Assembly (NCBI GenBank): GCA_022605425.2
Contig: JAKIMF020000004.1
Location: 434,001-498,000 of the forward strand
Source of the DNA: Hamiltosporidium tvaerminnensis FI-OER-3-3
Taxonomy: Eukaryota; Fungi; Microsporidia
Reading direction: 5' to 3'
Length of the DNA stretch: 64,000 nucleotides
The position numbers were made by a program, and so were the translations under genes. The notes under the pieces were generated by a model. It worked only from the letters and a program-made list of their open reading frames with translations. It searched no databases and was not told the origin of the DNA. Positions 1 through 12,399 of the stretch are shown piece after piece. Positions within the stretch are counted from its first letter, which is position 1; the number at the start of each line of letters is the position of its first letter.

Positions 1-10
1 TTTTGTTCAG

Positions 11-2428
11 TTGAAAGAAGAAAGACAGGCATATTTGGAACAAAAAAATATGGAAATGAAAAAGAAACAAAATATTGAAAGAGAAATTTTATTACAGAAA
101 GAAATTGAATCGAACGAGTATAGCAAAGTTGCATTGGAGATTTTAGAAAATTTAAAAAATTATAAATTTAATAAAAATGAATTAAAAGAAATTGAAAATA
201 AATTAGAAGAAGTAAGAAATTTAGAAAATGATGATAATTTTTTAAAAATACAAAAAGAATTAGAAATAGAAAAGTTAAAACTTGAAAAACTCAATGCATT
301 TAATGATTCGGATGAATATGAAAAGAAGGAACAGGAATTAAAATATCTAAATTCTTTTGTAGATAATATTGATGAAATGAAAGAAAAGGAAAGATATTTG
401 ATGGAGGAATTGAAGAACCAGGAAAATAATTTTTTAGGAATTAAAAGTATTTGTAGTAATAAAGTTGATCGGGTAGAAGAAATAAGTAGATTGAAAATAG
501 AAATGAATCGGTTGGGAATATTCTTAAAAAATAATCAAGGATTAAATGATTTCTCTATTGATGATATTCAGAATAAAATCAAGGAAATTGAAGAATATTA
601 TGTTTCAGATGAAGAAATTAATAATTTACAAAATAAAATAAACGAATTTAAAAGTAAAATTGCATATCCAATTATAGAAGGAGTATTTGGTATTTTGGAA
701 GAGAATTTTTCAATAATTGATAAAAAATATGAAGAAGCGATATATTCTTCGATGGGTAGTCGATCAAAATTTTTGGTGGTGAAGAATGAAAAAATAGGAA
801 ACGAATTATTATCTTCTAATAATAGCAGTATCAGTATAATACCATTGAATAAAATTAAACCAAAAATTGTTCCAAGAGATATTTTAAGAAATGTCAGACA
901 ATTGGGTGGAATTCCTATTACAGAACTTATAAATTTTGATGAAGAAGTAAGTAAAGCAATGGAATTCGTATTTAATGGATATTTTTTATTTGAAAATAAA
1001 GAAAATGCAAGAAAGGCATGTTATGATTATAAAGTGATTGGAGTTACTTTTGATGGAACATTATACGATCCTAAAGGTACATTATGTGGTGGAAAAATAA
1101 TTTGTAAAAATATTATTTTTAGACGAAAAGATTTGTTGGAATTGGAACAAAATTTTAAAGAAAAAAAGGAAAACAAAAGAATTTATGAAAACGAAAAATA
1201 TAATTTAAATGAATTGAAGAGCAAAATATGCAATTTAAGAGAAATAAAAAAGGCTAAAAATGATATTCAAATTATTGAAAATTCAATTAAATTTTTAAAT
1301 AAATTGATAGAATCTAAGGTGGATTATAGTTCAGAATTATCTTCTTTACGACAGAATATTGTAAAAAAAATTCGAGAAAAAGAAGAATTTTTAAGGAGAA
1401 AAAATGTTTTAGAAACTGAAATATTTGAATTAAAAAATAAAATTAAAAGTAAAAAAGAAGACGAAAAAAATATTTTGAAGAAAATTTTACAGTTAGAAGG
1501 GTTTAGAAGACAAAGCGAAATAAAAATATCTAAAAAATCTATCGGTGAACGAGAAGAAGAATCGTTGGAACTTAAACGTAAGCATTTGTTACAGAATATA
1601 TTGAAATCGAAATCTAAGATTTCAAAGCTGCGAGAATTATTAAAAGAATTTAAATCTGGAAAAAATGAAAATTCTAAAAGTCATTTACCAGTTCAATTTC
1701 AAGAAATATCAGATGTGCTTGATGATTTTAAACTTTCATCTAACATTTTTAATGTGGATCTAAAAATATTTGATGTGAAGAAAGAAGATGAATTAAAAAA
1801 AGAATTATTTTCTGTACGAAAGGAAATTGAAATGTCTAAAAATATTAAAAAATTTCGAATGGATCCAAGAAATTTTGATTTATTAGAAAAAAATGATGAA
1901 ATAATTAAAGAACTCCAAGAAAAAATAAAAAAATTAGAAAATGATAAAATGAGAATCAACAAAAGTATTAACCAATTACATGAATTAAGTATAAAAGAGA
2001 TAGAAAGAGCTTTTAATCATATAAATAATAAAATTGGAACTTTTATAAATTTCTTTATTAAAGATGCCGATGCTAGAATAATTAAAAATGAAGATGAATA
2101 TCTCTTAAAAGTTAAAATGGGAAATTGGAAAGATTCATTGGTAGAACTTAGCGGAGGTCAACGGTCTTTAATGGCTTTAAGTCTTATATTTTCTATGTTA
2201 ACATATAAAACAGCACCTTTCTATATTTTTGATGAGGTTGATTCTGCTTTAGATTTGAGTCATACACAAGCAATTGGGGAAATAATAAAAAAGGAATTTA
2301 AAAATTCACAATTTATTGCCATAAGTCTTAAAGATGGTATGTACAGCAATGCTAATAATATTTATCGTGTGTTTGTAGATGATGGATATTCCCAGATTGG
2401 TATTTTGAAACATTATAAGACAGTATAA
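11..2428 (+). CDS. SMC2: Condensin subunit SMC2, C-terminal part (starts upstream of the window)
   Basis: Coiled coils, a hinge (GVTFDGTLYDPKGTLCGG), signature LSGGQRSLMALSL, Walker B FYIFDEVDSALDLSHTQ and the tail SQFIAISLKDGM typical of SMC2. Confidence 0.93.
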   Translation: MKEERQAYLEQKNMEMKKKQNIEREILLQKEIESNEYSKVALEILENLKNYKFNKNELKEIENKLEEVRNLENDDNFLKIQKELEIEKLKLEKLNAFNDSDEYEKKEQELKYLNSFVDNIDEMKEKERYLMEELKNQENNFLGIKSICSNKVDRVEEISRLKIEMNRLGIFLKNNQGLNDFSIDDIQNKIKEIEEYYVSDEEINNLQNKINEFKSKIAYPIIEGVFGILEENFSIIDKKYEEAIYSSMGSRSKFLVVKNEKIGNELLSSNNSSISIIPLNKIKPKIVPRDILRNVRQLGGIPITELINFDEEVSKAMEFVFNGYFLFENKENARKACYDYKVIGVTFDGTLYDPKGTLCGGKIICKNIIFRRKDLLELEQNFKEKKENKRIYENEKYNLNELKSKICNLREIKKAKNDIQIIENSIKFLNKLIESKVDYSSELSSLRQNIVKKIREKEEFLRRKNVLETEIFELKNKIKSKKEDEKNILKKILQLEGFRRQSEIKISKKSIGEREEESLELKRKHLLQNILKSKSKISKLRELLKEFKSGKNENSKSHLPVQFQEISDVLDDFKLSSNIFNVDLKIFDVKKEDELKKELFSVRKEIEMSKNIKKFRMDPRNFDLLEKNDEIIKELQEKIKKLENDKMRINKSINQLHELSIKEIERAFNHINNKIGTFINFFIKDADARIIKNEDEYLLKVKMGNWKDSLVELSGGQRSLMALSLIFSMLTYKTAPFYIFDEVDSALDLSHTQAIGEIIKKEFKNSQFIAISLKDGMYSNANNIYRVFVDDGYSQIGILKHYKTV

Positions 2429-2544
2429 GTTTTAAAGAGATTTTTTGTTATTTTAAAGTATTTGTTTTTAATTAATTTAATATTTTATAAAATTTTCATT
2501 TTTTGTGTCAGTTCTTTAATTTATTTAATATTATGTTAGACACA

Positions 2545-2698
2545 CCCTTATTTCACAAGGAGGAACCAAGTTAGAGGAACCGACCATAAACATAACTGAA
2601 AAGTCGGATTTAGAAGAAGAAACAACTGTGGTAAAAAAGGTGGAAGAAAATATATAAAAATGGTAAAAATATTTTAACCCAGAATTTTATTAAATAAA
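2545..2698 (+). mobile_element. 3'-terminal fragment of an RLE-type non-LTR retrotransposon
   Basis: Closely matches the reverse complement of 45320-45437 (agtcggattt..gaaga..gtggt..gaagaaaa.atataaaaatggtaaaaatat.ttaacccagaattttat). Loosely matches the tail of the 4833-6283 element. Ends in TAAATAAA. Confidence 0.6.
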
Positions 2699-2968
2699 TT
2701 TAAAAAAGTTTAGCACTATTTTTAATTTATTTATGATTATTTCATATAAATTTGAAACCGAATTATTTATTGTATAAAACTAACAATTCTTTTCTAAAAT
2801 TATATTATTATATTATTTGCTGGTCCGTTTTTCTGATATATTGATTGTTTAAATATACTGACCAGATGAATTTTATATTTATTATATTAGTCAGTATTAC
2901 CTTTTTCTGATATATTGATTGTTTAAAAACATAATTGTAATTAAATTCTTTATAAATCAAAATTATTT

Positions 2969-4180
2969 CTATTTTTCTAATCTACCGATTATTTTATTGT
3001 ATTTATCGACTTTTTTCAAAAATATATTCCAATTTTTAAAAACTTTCATTCTTTTTTCAATTATTTCATCAAGTCTTGTATTAAATTTATATTCTTTCAA
3101 ACAAATTTCAAAAACTTCCTTATGTTTGGATTCAATAAAAATACCTTCGATTTTAGGAAATCCGTTATAAAATCCTTTAAAACATTTTCGATATTCAATT
3201 TGTAACAATTCAGCAACTTCATCTGCTTTATTATCATTTATGTGAGTACAATTTATAGGAATAAAATTTTCATGATAGAAATCCATAGTGTCTTTACTAT
3301 CAAATCCTAATATTTCAATTTTACATGTTTGCCATGGTGCATATAAATAGATCTTTTCTTGTTTGCTATTATAAATTATTTTGTATGGTTTTTTATCTTT
3401 TGGTTTCAAACCTTTTCTATATAATTGTTTTTCAGTTAGGAGATTGATTATATTTGATTTATAATATATAGGTTCGCCTTTGAAATATCCTAATATTGGT
3501 CTTTTTGGATAAATAATTTGATATGTTTTTATTAGAGATTCTAAAATATAAATGGGATGTTTTTTATATTTTTGAATGGAATTTGGTATTTCTTTAAGCT
3601 TTTTATCATTTTCTTTATCAAAATCTGAATTATTGTTATTTATAAGCAACTGATCTAATACTAAAAATATTTTTTCAAAAAAACTAAAATTCTTAGAAGA
3701 AGAAGAATATGAAAGAGTTTGATTTGTGATATTAATTTTACTATCAATACTGAAAACTAAATGTGGATATTTTTTAGGATGGTAAATTAGATTGTTAAGA
3801 AGTTTTGTTTCTAGAAATGTATTAATAGGTTTTCCGAGAATAAAAAACAATCTGCATGGAATTTTTTGATGAACGGTGTGACAAAATATAAAAATATTTT
3901 TATCGTTTTCATTTTCAAACTTGAAATCTTTTAATTTTGAGATTAGAATTTGGAATTTGTTGTAATTATTGTATTCTACAGACATTAAATCAAGAATAGC
4001 GCTATTTGTTGTTTCTTTAATTGTTTTTATTATTTTTTTTATACAGAAAATAAATTTACTACTTAATATGGCAAAAAGAACTTTTTTATCAAATATTTTT
4101 TTCTTTGCATCTATATTATCAGTTAATGGTACAAATAAATCATCTGAAAACACTTCATTCCAACTATCACTTGAATCCAT
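2969..4180 (-). CDS. RAD4: DNA repair protein Rad4/XPC, reduced, with beta-hairpin domains
   Basis: IPNSIQKYKKHPIYILES, ILGYFKGEPIY, LLTEKQLYRKG and LYAPWQT match BHD1-BHD2. CCC lies upstream of the ATG. Confidence 0.88.
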   Translation of the reverse strand: MDSSDSWNEVFSDDLFVPLTDNIDAKKKIFDKKVLFAILSSKFIFCIKKIIKTIKETTNSAILDLMSVEYNNYNKFQILISKLKDFKFENENDKNIFIFCHTVHQKIPCRLFFILGKPINTFLETKLLNNLIYHPKKYPHLVFSIDSKINITNQTLSYSSSSKNFSFFEKIFLVLDQLLINNNNSDFDKENDKKLKEIPNSIQKYKKHPIYILESLIKTYQIIYPKRPILGYFKGEPIYYKSNIINLLTEKQLYRKGLKPKDKKPYKIIYNSKQEKIYLYAPWQTCKIEILGFDSKDTMDFYHENFIPINCTHINDNKADEVAELLQIEYRKCFKGFYNGFPKIEGIFIESKHKEVFEICLKEYKFNTRLDEIIEKRMKVFKNWNIFLKKVDKYNKIIGRLEK

Positions 4181-4832
4181 TAATTAGAGGGATAATAAAT
4201 AAAATGGCGATTTTAAAAATATTTCGAAATTTTTTTATGGTAAAAAGTGATTTAAAAAGGAATATATACTTTTATAATCAATTATAGATTTATTTGAATT
4301 TATTATAAATTTAAACAGTTCATTTATTTTGAACTTTTATATTTTGCGATTTTATTTATTACCGGGGCATTTTCCATGGTTCTTTTGCTTCCTTTGTTCT
4401 ATCTATTTGCTCGTTTATTTGACCGGTCTTTAATATTTGACTCTTTTGTATGTTTGAGAATGGCTTTTATTTATTTAGTTTAGCGAAATTTAGAGTTCTT
4501 AATTTCAGTGTTTGTGGCTAAAACTTTTTTATTCTTGGTGTGTATGTGTAATGGTTTAAATTTTCTAATATTTTATTAGTAATTAAGGAATAGATTACTT
4601 CTTTCCATGAATAAAGAGCGTGATTACTTTCCTAGAAAAGAACTTGAAATGTCTTCAAAGTGTTGAGTCGAAAGTAATTTTTTTTTAGTAACCTGCTCCT
4701 TCACTACTAGTGGAACACATATTCCAATTAGAATCATAGCTTTGCCAAGTTAAGAGCGTCGCAAGGTCATTTTTCTTTTTATTGGTTAGGTTTTTTGCCT
4801 AACACAAACCTTCTGTACAAAAAAGATAAACA

Positions 4833-6283
4833 ATGCATCAACCAGAAATCGAACATGGTTCGTTGGAAAACAATTCCGATATCGTCAACACAAGAACATT
4901 GAAGTGCAAAGTATATATGGCTTTGAATTCTAGGATTTTCTGGAAAATACTGATAAAACCATCTTACATTAATAAAGAACTTATTAAACCAAAGTATAGA
5001 TCGGAAGAAAAAATACACAAAATAAATGTAGAAGAGACTATACTAGCAGATTTTTACAACGAAATAGAAACGAAAACTTCATTTTAAGTTATATTAAGCG
5101 AAGAAAAATGTGCTTGTAAGTGTTATTGAGTCTTTCGAATGGCTAAAGAAAAGGAATATCAGGCGACAGGATAAAGCAGTATTCTATTATATTCAGGATG
5201 CATATGTATTCTCGGGCGCAGAAAGTGTGTCTCATCATCTTGCTCGATCTAGTAAATTAGTAGATCGATTGGCTATTCAGTGTTGGAAAATGTATATATA
5301 AGACTAAACCAGGCGAAATAATGAATAATTAGATACTTACACTTGCTCCTTCCAAATAGATACAAAAATTTATCTTCAAAATGAATTAGGAGTCACTCAG
5401 CCCAAGAAATTATTGAAAAAAGCCCGCAGAAATAAGAGTGAAAACAACAAAAAAAAATATGTCAGAATTTGTAAGATCAGACCCAATATATTTATTTTAG
5501 ACAAATGAAAATTATTATAATGCAGTGGTTCTTAACCGTATTGCGAGAAGGTATTTTTGGGGTGCAGGAGACGCTCTTGTCAAAAGCTTAAGCTCTTAAG
5601 AGATATACAACTATATATTTTTTTAAATGAACAACGAATTTGCAAAAAATCAAAACAATTTTTAATCGAAAGGAAGAGACCGATTTTCAGATTCAAAGGG
5701 TTTGAGATCACTAAAAGGTTAAGAACCACTGCTATAACGCATATAAATAGGAATTACTTCTCAAGATTCATTTCAAATGGTTTAAATCAAATGGCGAGGA
5801 AGTATGATCTATATTGGCTAATTATTATGCTTATAGATAATTTACTTTGGAATAACACATTAAATGATAATTCGAAACGTTTGTATAATAAATACCATTC
5901 CCAATACTTTAAAATACTCCAAATACCTATGATTATAGAGGTATGGATACACACTAAAGTACACAAGAAGACAGTAGAAATAATTTCTCTTGATCGAGGA
6001 AGAGGGCTTAAGTCAAAACCAAATGGTGGAAAAGCTTGGAAAATAGTGTCATTTGATTATATTAAAAGAGCCCATATACATTATGAACCAACTTTAAGCT
6101 TAAGACAAACTAGAATCAGGGAATATCATGTTCAAACAAAAATAATATAACCTAAATTTCAGATAAAGGAACCACAATAGATGATAGACAATAATATAAA
6201 AGAGGATTAAGACTAGAAGTAAGCTAGCTGGTTAAACAAATAGAAGAAAACGTTTTTAGCTCAAAATTCTATTAATAAAAAAA
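4833..6283 (+). mobile_element. Degenerate non-LTR retrotransposon, C-terminal zinc-knuckle and restriction-like endonuclease (RLE) region
   Basis: Fragmented frames give WLKKRNIRRQDKAVFYYIQD, VDRLAIQC, RPNIFILDK (PD motif remnant), GITSQDS, RKYDL and KYHSQYFKILQIPM..KKTVEIISLDR. A-rich end near 6280. Interrupted by a MITE. Confidence 0.8.
5523..5731. mobile_element. hAT-family MITE, 209 bp
   Basis: Perfect 15-bp TIRs: CAGTGGTTCTTAACC (5523-5537) and GGTTAAGAACCACTG (5717-5731). Flanking 8-mers TTATAATG and CTATAACG match at 6/8 (TSD). Confidence 0.85.
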
Positions 6284-6769
6284 GTATACGTATTCAAAAA
6301 ATTTAGAAATATGCATTCATACCTTCAGATATTTTTAATATTTTGAATAAGTATACCTTTTTTTATGAATGGAGAATTTGTTATGCAAATTGTGAGTCTT
6401 TTTTAATCTAGATATCAATCAGTCAAAGATCACGATAAGGTGATTTTTATATATGATTTGTTAAACCAAAATAAATCTGTTTTTTTTATCAATTTATACA
6501 ACAGAAAAGTCAGCTCATATTCTTATAAATCTATGAAACAGAAGCTTTAAAGCCTATAGGGAAATAATTTGCTTTGAAATTAAGAACAAAATATACCAAA
6601 CCATAAGGTTAAAACCTGTATGATCGGTTCTTAGGTATTAGATTGAGAAATTACATATTATATGCATTTTTTAAAACAAAATTGGATTATTAAACTGAAA
6701 AGTTTTATTTCATTATTTAGTCAAATTATAGTGTGAAATATTTTTTACACTTTTATACATTTTTTTAAA

Positions 6770-7510
6770 ACTTTATCGACGTTACTAGCCTCCTAAAAAC
6801 TGAATCATCATGTGTACATATCATCTTTTCCGATTGTTTGTTCCTCCATCAAAGATAGAAATATGCTACTTTTTATTTTACCTATGTAACATTATTTCTT
6901 CGTTACTTGTTTACTTATAAGGTGGTTACTCATGCATCTCGGCTTCTTAATAGCACACGGTGACGTTCTCTCCCAAATCTCATCTGCATTTGGTTCTGAT
7001 TAAAGTACTAATGCGAACAAAAAAAATTTCAACGTCTGCGTAAATACTGGTCACAGAATGTATGCCTTTACATTCATGGGTATTTGCAGTCTTTTGAGGT
7101 AAGACTTATGGTATTTTGTCCCAATACGGTATAAGGTAATGCCGTAAGAGATTATCTCAACACTACATTTATAAAAAAGACCTAACTCATTGGCTTACAG
7201 GTCATACTTCCTAATTTTTGAGTTTCGACCATTTGAAGTGAATCTTGCGACGTACATCCATACTTTTATGAGTCTATTTTTCTTTTCCTCTTATATAAAA
7301 AAATATTTCGAGCCTATTATTCCGAATTTTTGCATAGGTTTTTATTCTAGTGTCAACAATTGTCTCTGAATGGTCGCTTTCAATAACTTCTTGAACGAAG
7401 TGACTTTCAACTAATATAAAATTATTCGATCTAATTATAAAATCAAATTTTAAATATTATATGGCCGTGACGAATAATTTTTTTGTGGTCTGTGGCTAGA
7501 TGGTTCAAAA
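6770..7510 (-). mobile_element. Degenerate RLE non-LTR retrotransposon, 3' fragment
   Basis: Minus-strand translation across stops and shifts gives NHLAT, SHFVQEVIES..VDTRIK, TSQDSLQMVET, RKYDL*ANELGLFYKCSVEII and KYHKSYLKRLQIPMNVKAYI. Paralogous to 4833-6283. Boundaries are approximate. Confidence 0.8.
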
Positions 7511-7594
7511 AAAGTTCTAAAGTAATTTTTTCTGTTGTTCTAGAAAATCATTTACAAATATAAATAAACCGGTTTCAAAAATGGCCATTTCCGA

Positions 7595-9929
7595 ATGCTT
7601 CAATTGTTGTTTTTGCATTCAAAAATTATTTTCAGATACAGAAGTGATTGTATAATACTCACCTTTTTCTATTTTTGTAGTTTATTTGCAAAAACAAGTG
7701 TAATACTTATTTTTCAAGTCAGCGATACAAGAGTTGATTCTACTGAAACAAATTTTATGTTAAATAAAATTACTAGTGAAAAGAAATTATGAATAAAATT
7801 GAGCAAACCAATAAAAGAACTAAAACCAATGAAAATTTTGTATCAAAAAAGAAATTTATAAATCAAATGACATTTGTTATTAACAATATGGAAAAATATT
7901 TTTTAAAGTTTCAAGAATTTAAAAAATTACAATCCAATTCACAGAAAGAAATTATATTTATTTTAAATAGTATAAAATATTCCGAGTTTGTAAATTTTGA
8001 TTATTATATCAAAACCTACTATCTACCACCGGCAAATTTCTGCTTTGATCATTTCCATTCAATGTTGTATATTTTAAATTACTTTAAAGTAGAATTCGAT
8101 CTTAATTGTAAAAATATAATTCGAAATCTTTTATTTAATTTAAACTATATAATCAATACCTTTGAAAATTTTTTGAATGAAATCGAAATTAAGTTTATAA
8201 TTGAGGATTATTTTTCGTTTAAACTATTCAATTTAGTTTTTGAAGAATACTGCTTTTTGATTCTAAATGAAAAAAATTATTACATGATATTTTTTATGAC
8301 CTAGAGAATAGTTTGCTACCAAACAGATATAGTTCTATTTTTACAGATGAAAATAAACGAATATTGAGTATAGATCAGACTTATATACAGATTTTTGAGA
8401 ATATTATATTATGCCTAAAATAGAAAATAATAGAATTTATTTTAAATTGTTTTTTAAAATATTTAATATCCAAGTAATATATTTGCAGAAAGCAGATAAA
8501 TTAAATATAGATGTACTGAAAACAATCTTATCAATGATATTAAATAATTTAAATAGCATAATATTTTATGGGTCGAATTTCAAAATTGCTTTGCTAGATT
8601 TTATAAATGAGCATATAATATTTAAAAAAACTAAAGAACTTTATTTTTTTGCATGTATTTTCAAACAGATTGACTTTAATTTGTCTTATTATCTTAAAAA
8701 TATCAAAAAAATTGTCTTTACAGATATTTTAAAAACCTAAAAAAAAGATAAATTTTAAGAAAAGAATAGATGGGCTCGAAAAATTAGAGCATGTATTTTT
8801 CACCAACACTTCATTGAACTTCTTTAGAAAAAATGATCCAGTTGAATGCCAAAATTCTTTTAATTTGCCAGAATATAGTTTAATTGAGAATTTTTACCCG
8901 CAGAAAACAAATTTTAAAATTTTAATCTATAAACCTTTCCGATATAAATATTTACTATGGACTGTTTCGAGTTTAATAAAAAAGAACGATCAAATAGAGT
9001 TAAATGTCATGTTATTTAATATGCAAATTAGTAAGCTAAATTTTCATAGAACATTTATCAATGAAAAAATAAGAATAATGATTATTTCTAGTTCAAAAAT
9101 TTTCTTTACATGTCTGATGGATATATTGGCCCTTCCTAATCTTAAAGAGCTTATTTTGGAACCTGTAGAAATTATAGAAGAATTAAAAAATGTCGAATCA
9201 TTTCAGGAAAATAAGTCAATATCAATTTTAAAAATTATATATCCAAAAGTATCCAAAAAATCTATAATTTACGATTTTGTTGAAAATTTATATGAATCGA
9301 AATATCTTTATATATATTTTAAACAAAAAAGCATAATATATGACACGATCTCATTATTAAAGAATAGAATCATGAAAAAATTGAATTTTTTGTTATTTTC
9401 AAATAACAAAATAACTAATTATGATATTTTTGAATTAAATTTTTTAAAAAATTAAGAAACAATAGAATTCAATAATGTATATTCGGTGGGTTTTTTAAGA
9501 AGTTTATTTTTGGGTGTAAAATTATTTCGAATAAAATCATTAATTTTCAAATGTTGCGCTTTTTATAATGCTGATAAAAAAAGTATTCGTTCTGATGAGC
9601 TCGAAACCATTGAGTTTCATATGTGCACATTTAATTATATGTCTCTTAGTGATAAATTTCATAATGATTTTCAGTCTAGGATAAAACATTTGGATTTTCG
9701 TGAATGTTTGATATCTTTAAGAGATATATTATGGTTGAATTCACTAAATTTTTTGGCTGGTATGATTTTTATGTATTGCAGATTCGAAGATGTTGCTTTG
9801 ATTAGTTTTAAAAGAAAAGAATTTACGTATCTGCACTCACTACAATTAAATTTTGAATCCCTTCAGAGTGATTACGAGATAATAAATTGTTTAAATGAAG
9901 AATTCGGAGATGTGATAATGTATCAATGA
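7595..9929 (+). pseudogene. Fragmented signal-peptide + BTB-like + LRR family gene (five consecutive ORFs)
   Basis: Co-oriented ORFs 7595-7792, 7789-8304, 8411-8740, 8814-9455 and 9486-9929 span ~2.3 kb, like the intact 781 and 806 aa paralogs. Hydrophobic N-terminus. LRR-like segments LPNLKELIL, LETIEFHMC and IKHLDFREC. Confidence 0.7.
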
Positions 9930-12399
9930 AAAATAATTATTACAATGATCAATAAATGTTCTCACTGCATGTTTGCTTTATGATTTGAAATCAAATCTTC
10001 TCTTGTTTTAATTTTTCATATCATATTTTTTTTAAATTATAGATTTTTTTAAGCATGAAAGACCATATCTTCAGCTTTCGGATCAAATCTGTATATTGTT
10101 TACGATTGATAATATATTAAGAAAAATAAAAAAAAATTCATATATTTTTGGAAATCTAGTTATTCCAATGTTTAAAAATAAATAAAAGTAAAAATGAAAA
10201 TAGATTCAAAGAAGAAAATTGACAGCTAAAATTAAAATTGGGAAAAATTTAGAAGTCAAGAACTCATAAATAGGTTAAAAGTGATAAAATTGTCTCCTAA
10301 AATATACTGACATAATCGAGAAGTACTTCGCCTCAATCAATCATCTAATTGGCCCCAAGCATTGCTTGTAAAACTAGGAATGATTGCTTGCTTGCCCTAT
10401 GACCTTGTCTTACCACTAGTGACTCTGAGTGAGATTATGTAAAAATAAAGCAGCTCCAATAATTCTGCCGTTTCAAAAGGAGACATATTGATAATAGGGC
10501 ATTAAATGTTGGATATTTCCCCTCCGAATCGTAGAGACCCACTAATCGTTTTGTTTTTTAGTGCAGAAAAGGTTTAAAACTGTCTAGAAAGTGCTGAATA
10601 GAACACCACAGTCATTTCAATAATAAATTTACACATCTATGACTCTCGATGTGTTAAAAAATTTTCAAAATATGGGATGGTGAAGAAATGAAGGTCTAGG
10701 TGAAAAATGAAAGCCAGAACGTTTTTTATACTTCCGAAAATTGCTTCTTGGCCGACACTGACATCTATGTTAGCCTTTGATTCGGTTCGAAAGAAATCAA
10801 ATTAATCTCGATAAGAGAAAATTAAAATTGAAAGTTCTGGTACATATTCGAAAGTACCGATTAAATTGATTGAAAGAAAAATCTGTGCCTTTTTTATCGA
10901 ATAGTCGGTGAATAGCCCCAATAAAATTTCTTAGCTTGTTTTTTCTCAGAAGATGATAACGTTCTCCAAATGAATTAGATGCTTTGTAAATTTTTAGGGC
11001 TTTAATAGCTTTTTACTTTGAATTGTTTTTTTTTGCTAGCCAACATAATCTTTCCTGGTTTGAAAGATAAAGAGGATACCACACAATATCGAACCGGCTC
11101 CCTAAAAAAGCCGATATCCCAACTAATATACCATTGGCATCCCGAAATAATCACATCAACAATTTTCTTTCTCTTTTAAGTTTTAAAAATTACATTGTAA
11201 GAAAAATTAAGCTTAATAAAAAATTCGTAATAAAAAACATTGAAATTATTCAAAATGTACATCTCCAATAATCACCTTTCTTTTAAGTTATTTGTTTTCC
11301 GTAACTCACTAGGCAACTTCCAGCTTACATTAAGAATTACAATGAAAAGAATCATCTAGAAATAAACTTTAAATTATGGGCATAAAAAAGCAAATTTCAC
11401 ATTTAGAAATAGATTTATCCAACCAAATACAAATTTAAATTACTGAAAGTTCTCTATATTGGCAAACAATCATGGTTTCATAAAGGGTATCACATAGCAC
11501 GCAAAATTTTAAATTTTCTAATTGTATTAAAGCCGCCTTCTTTTTCTATTTATGAATTAACTCGAGATACTAATACAGTATTTGCAAATATAATTCAATA
11601 ATTTATATTTTATTTTCTGAATTATGAAAGACATTCTTCACTAAAAACAGTTTATTTTTAATAAAAACCCTAAATTCTTTCATTAAAATTTATTATGGAA
11701 TTCTGGAGTATAAAATCTTTTTCACATACTTTTTTTACCGATGGTTTGAATCTAGTTTAAATGAAATATCATATTTATGGTTCGATATCTCTTTTCATTT
11801 CAATTCTTCATAATTTCAAGTAAAAAAAGGCATTAAAAACCACACAAATTTTTAAGGAATTTTTTTGATAGTATTTTAGATCATTCAAAAAAAATTTGTC
11901 TTTATGATCACAATAAAATTTGCTTTTTTTCGAATATAATCATCAAGATCTTTCAAAATTATACATCTATCCTCTTAAATGATTTAAATATTCGTAAAAT
12001 CTTTGTAAGACTATTGCTGTTTGATACGGTTTTATCTAAAAGGACTCGCCTTATTCTCCTACAATCCTAAAAAATAGCTTATTATATATTTTTAGCTGCT
12101 TTTTATTTCTGAAATTTCCAAACTCTAGTATTTCTTATTTTTTTAAATTTCTAGTTATTCTACATTCATTTACTATTGAAAGTCACATAAATTGAAAAAT
12201 TAAATAGAGTTAGTCCTAAATTTAGCTAGATCAAATTAAAAAGCGCTTATGTACTTATAAAGTCTAATCTGCTTCAAAAAAACCTTTAAAATCTAAAAAA
12301 GAAAAAAAATAGCTTTACATGTCAACATTTATTCAATAAAAAGGTGTTGAATATTATAGCTTACTCACTAACTTATTCTAGTTCTCTTTGACCAATCGG

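Noticed and set aside
5557-6150. 197-aa ORF as a real gene
   Set aside because: It is a chimera of MITE sequence and a retrotransposon remnant.
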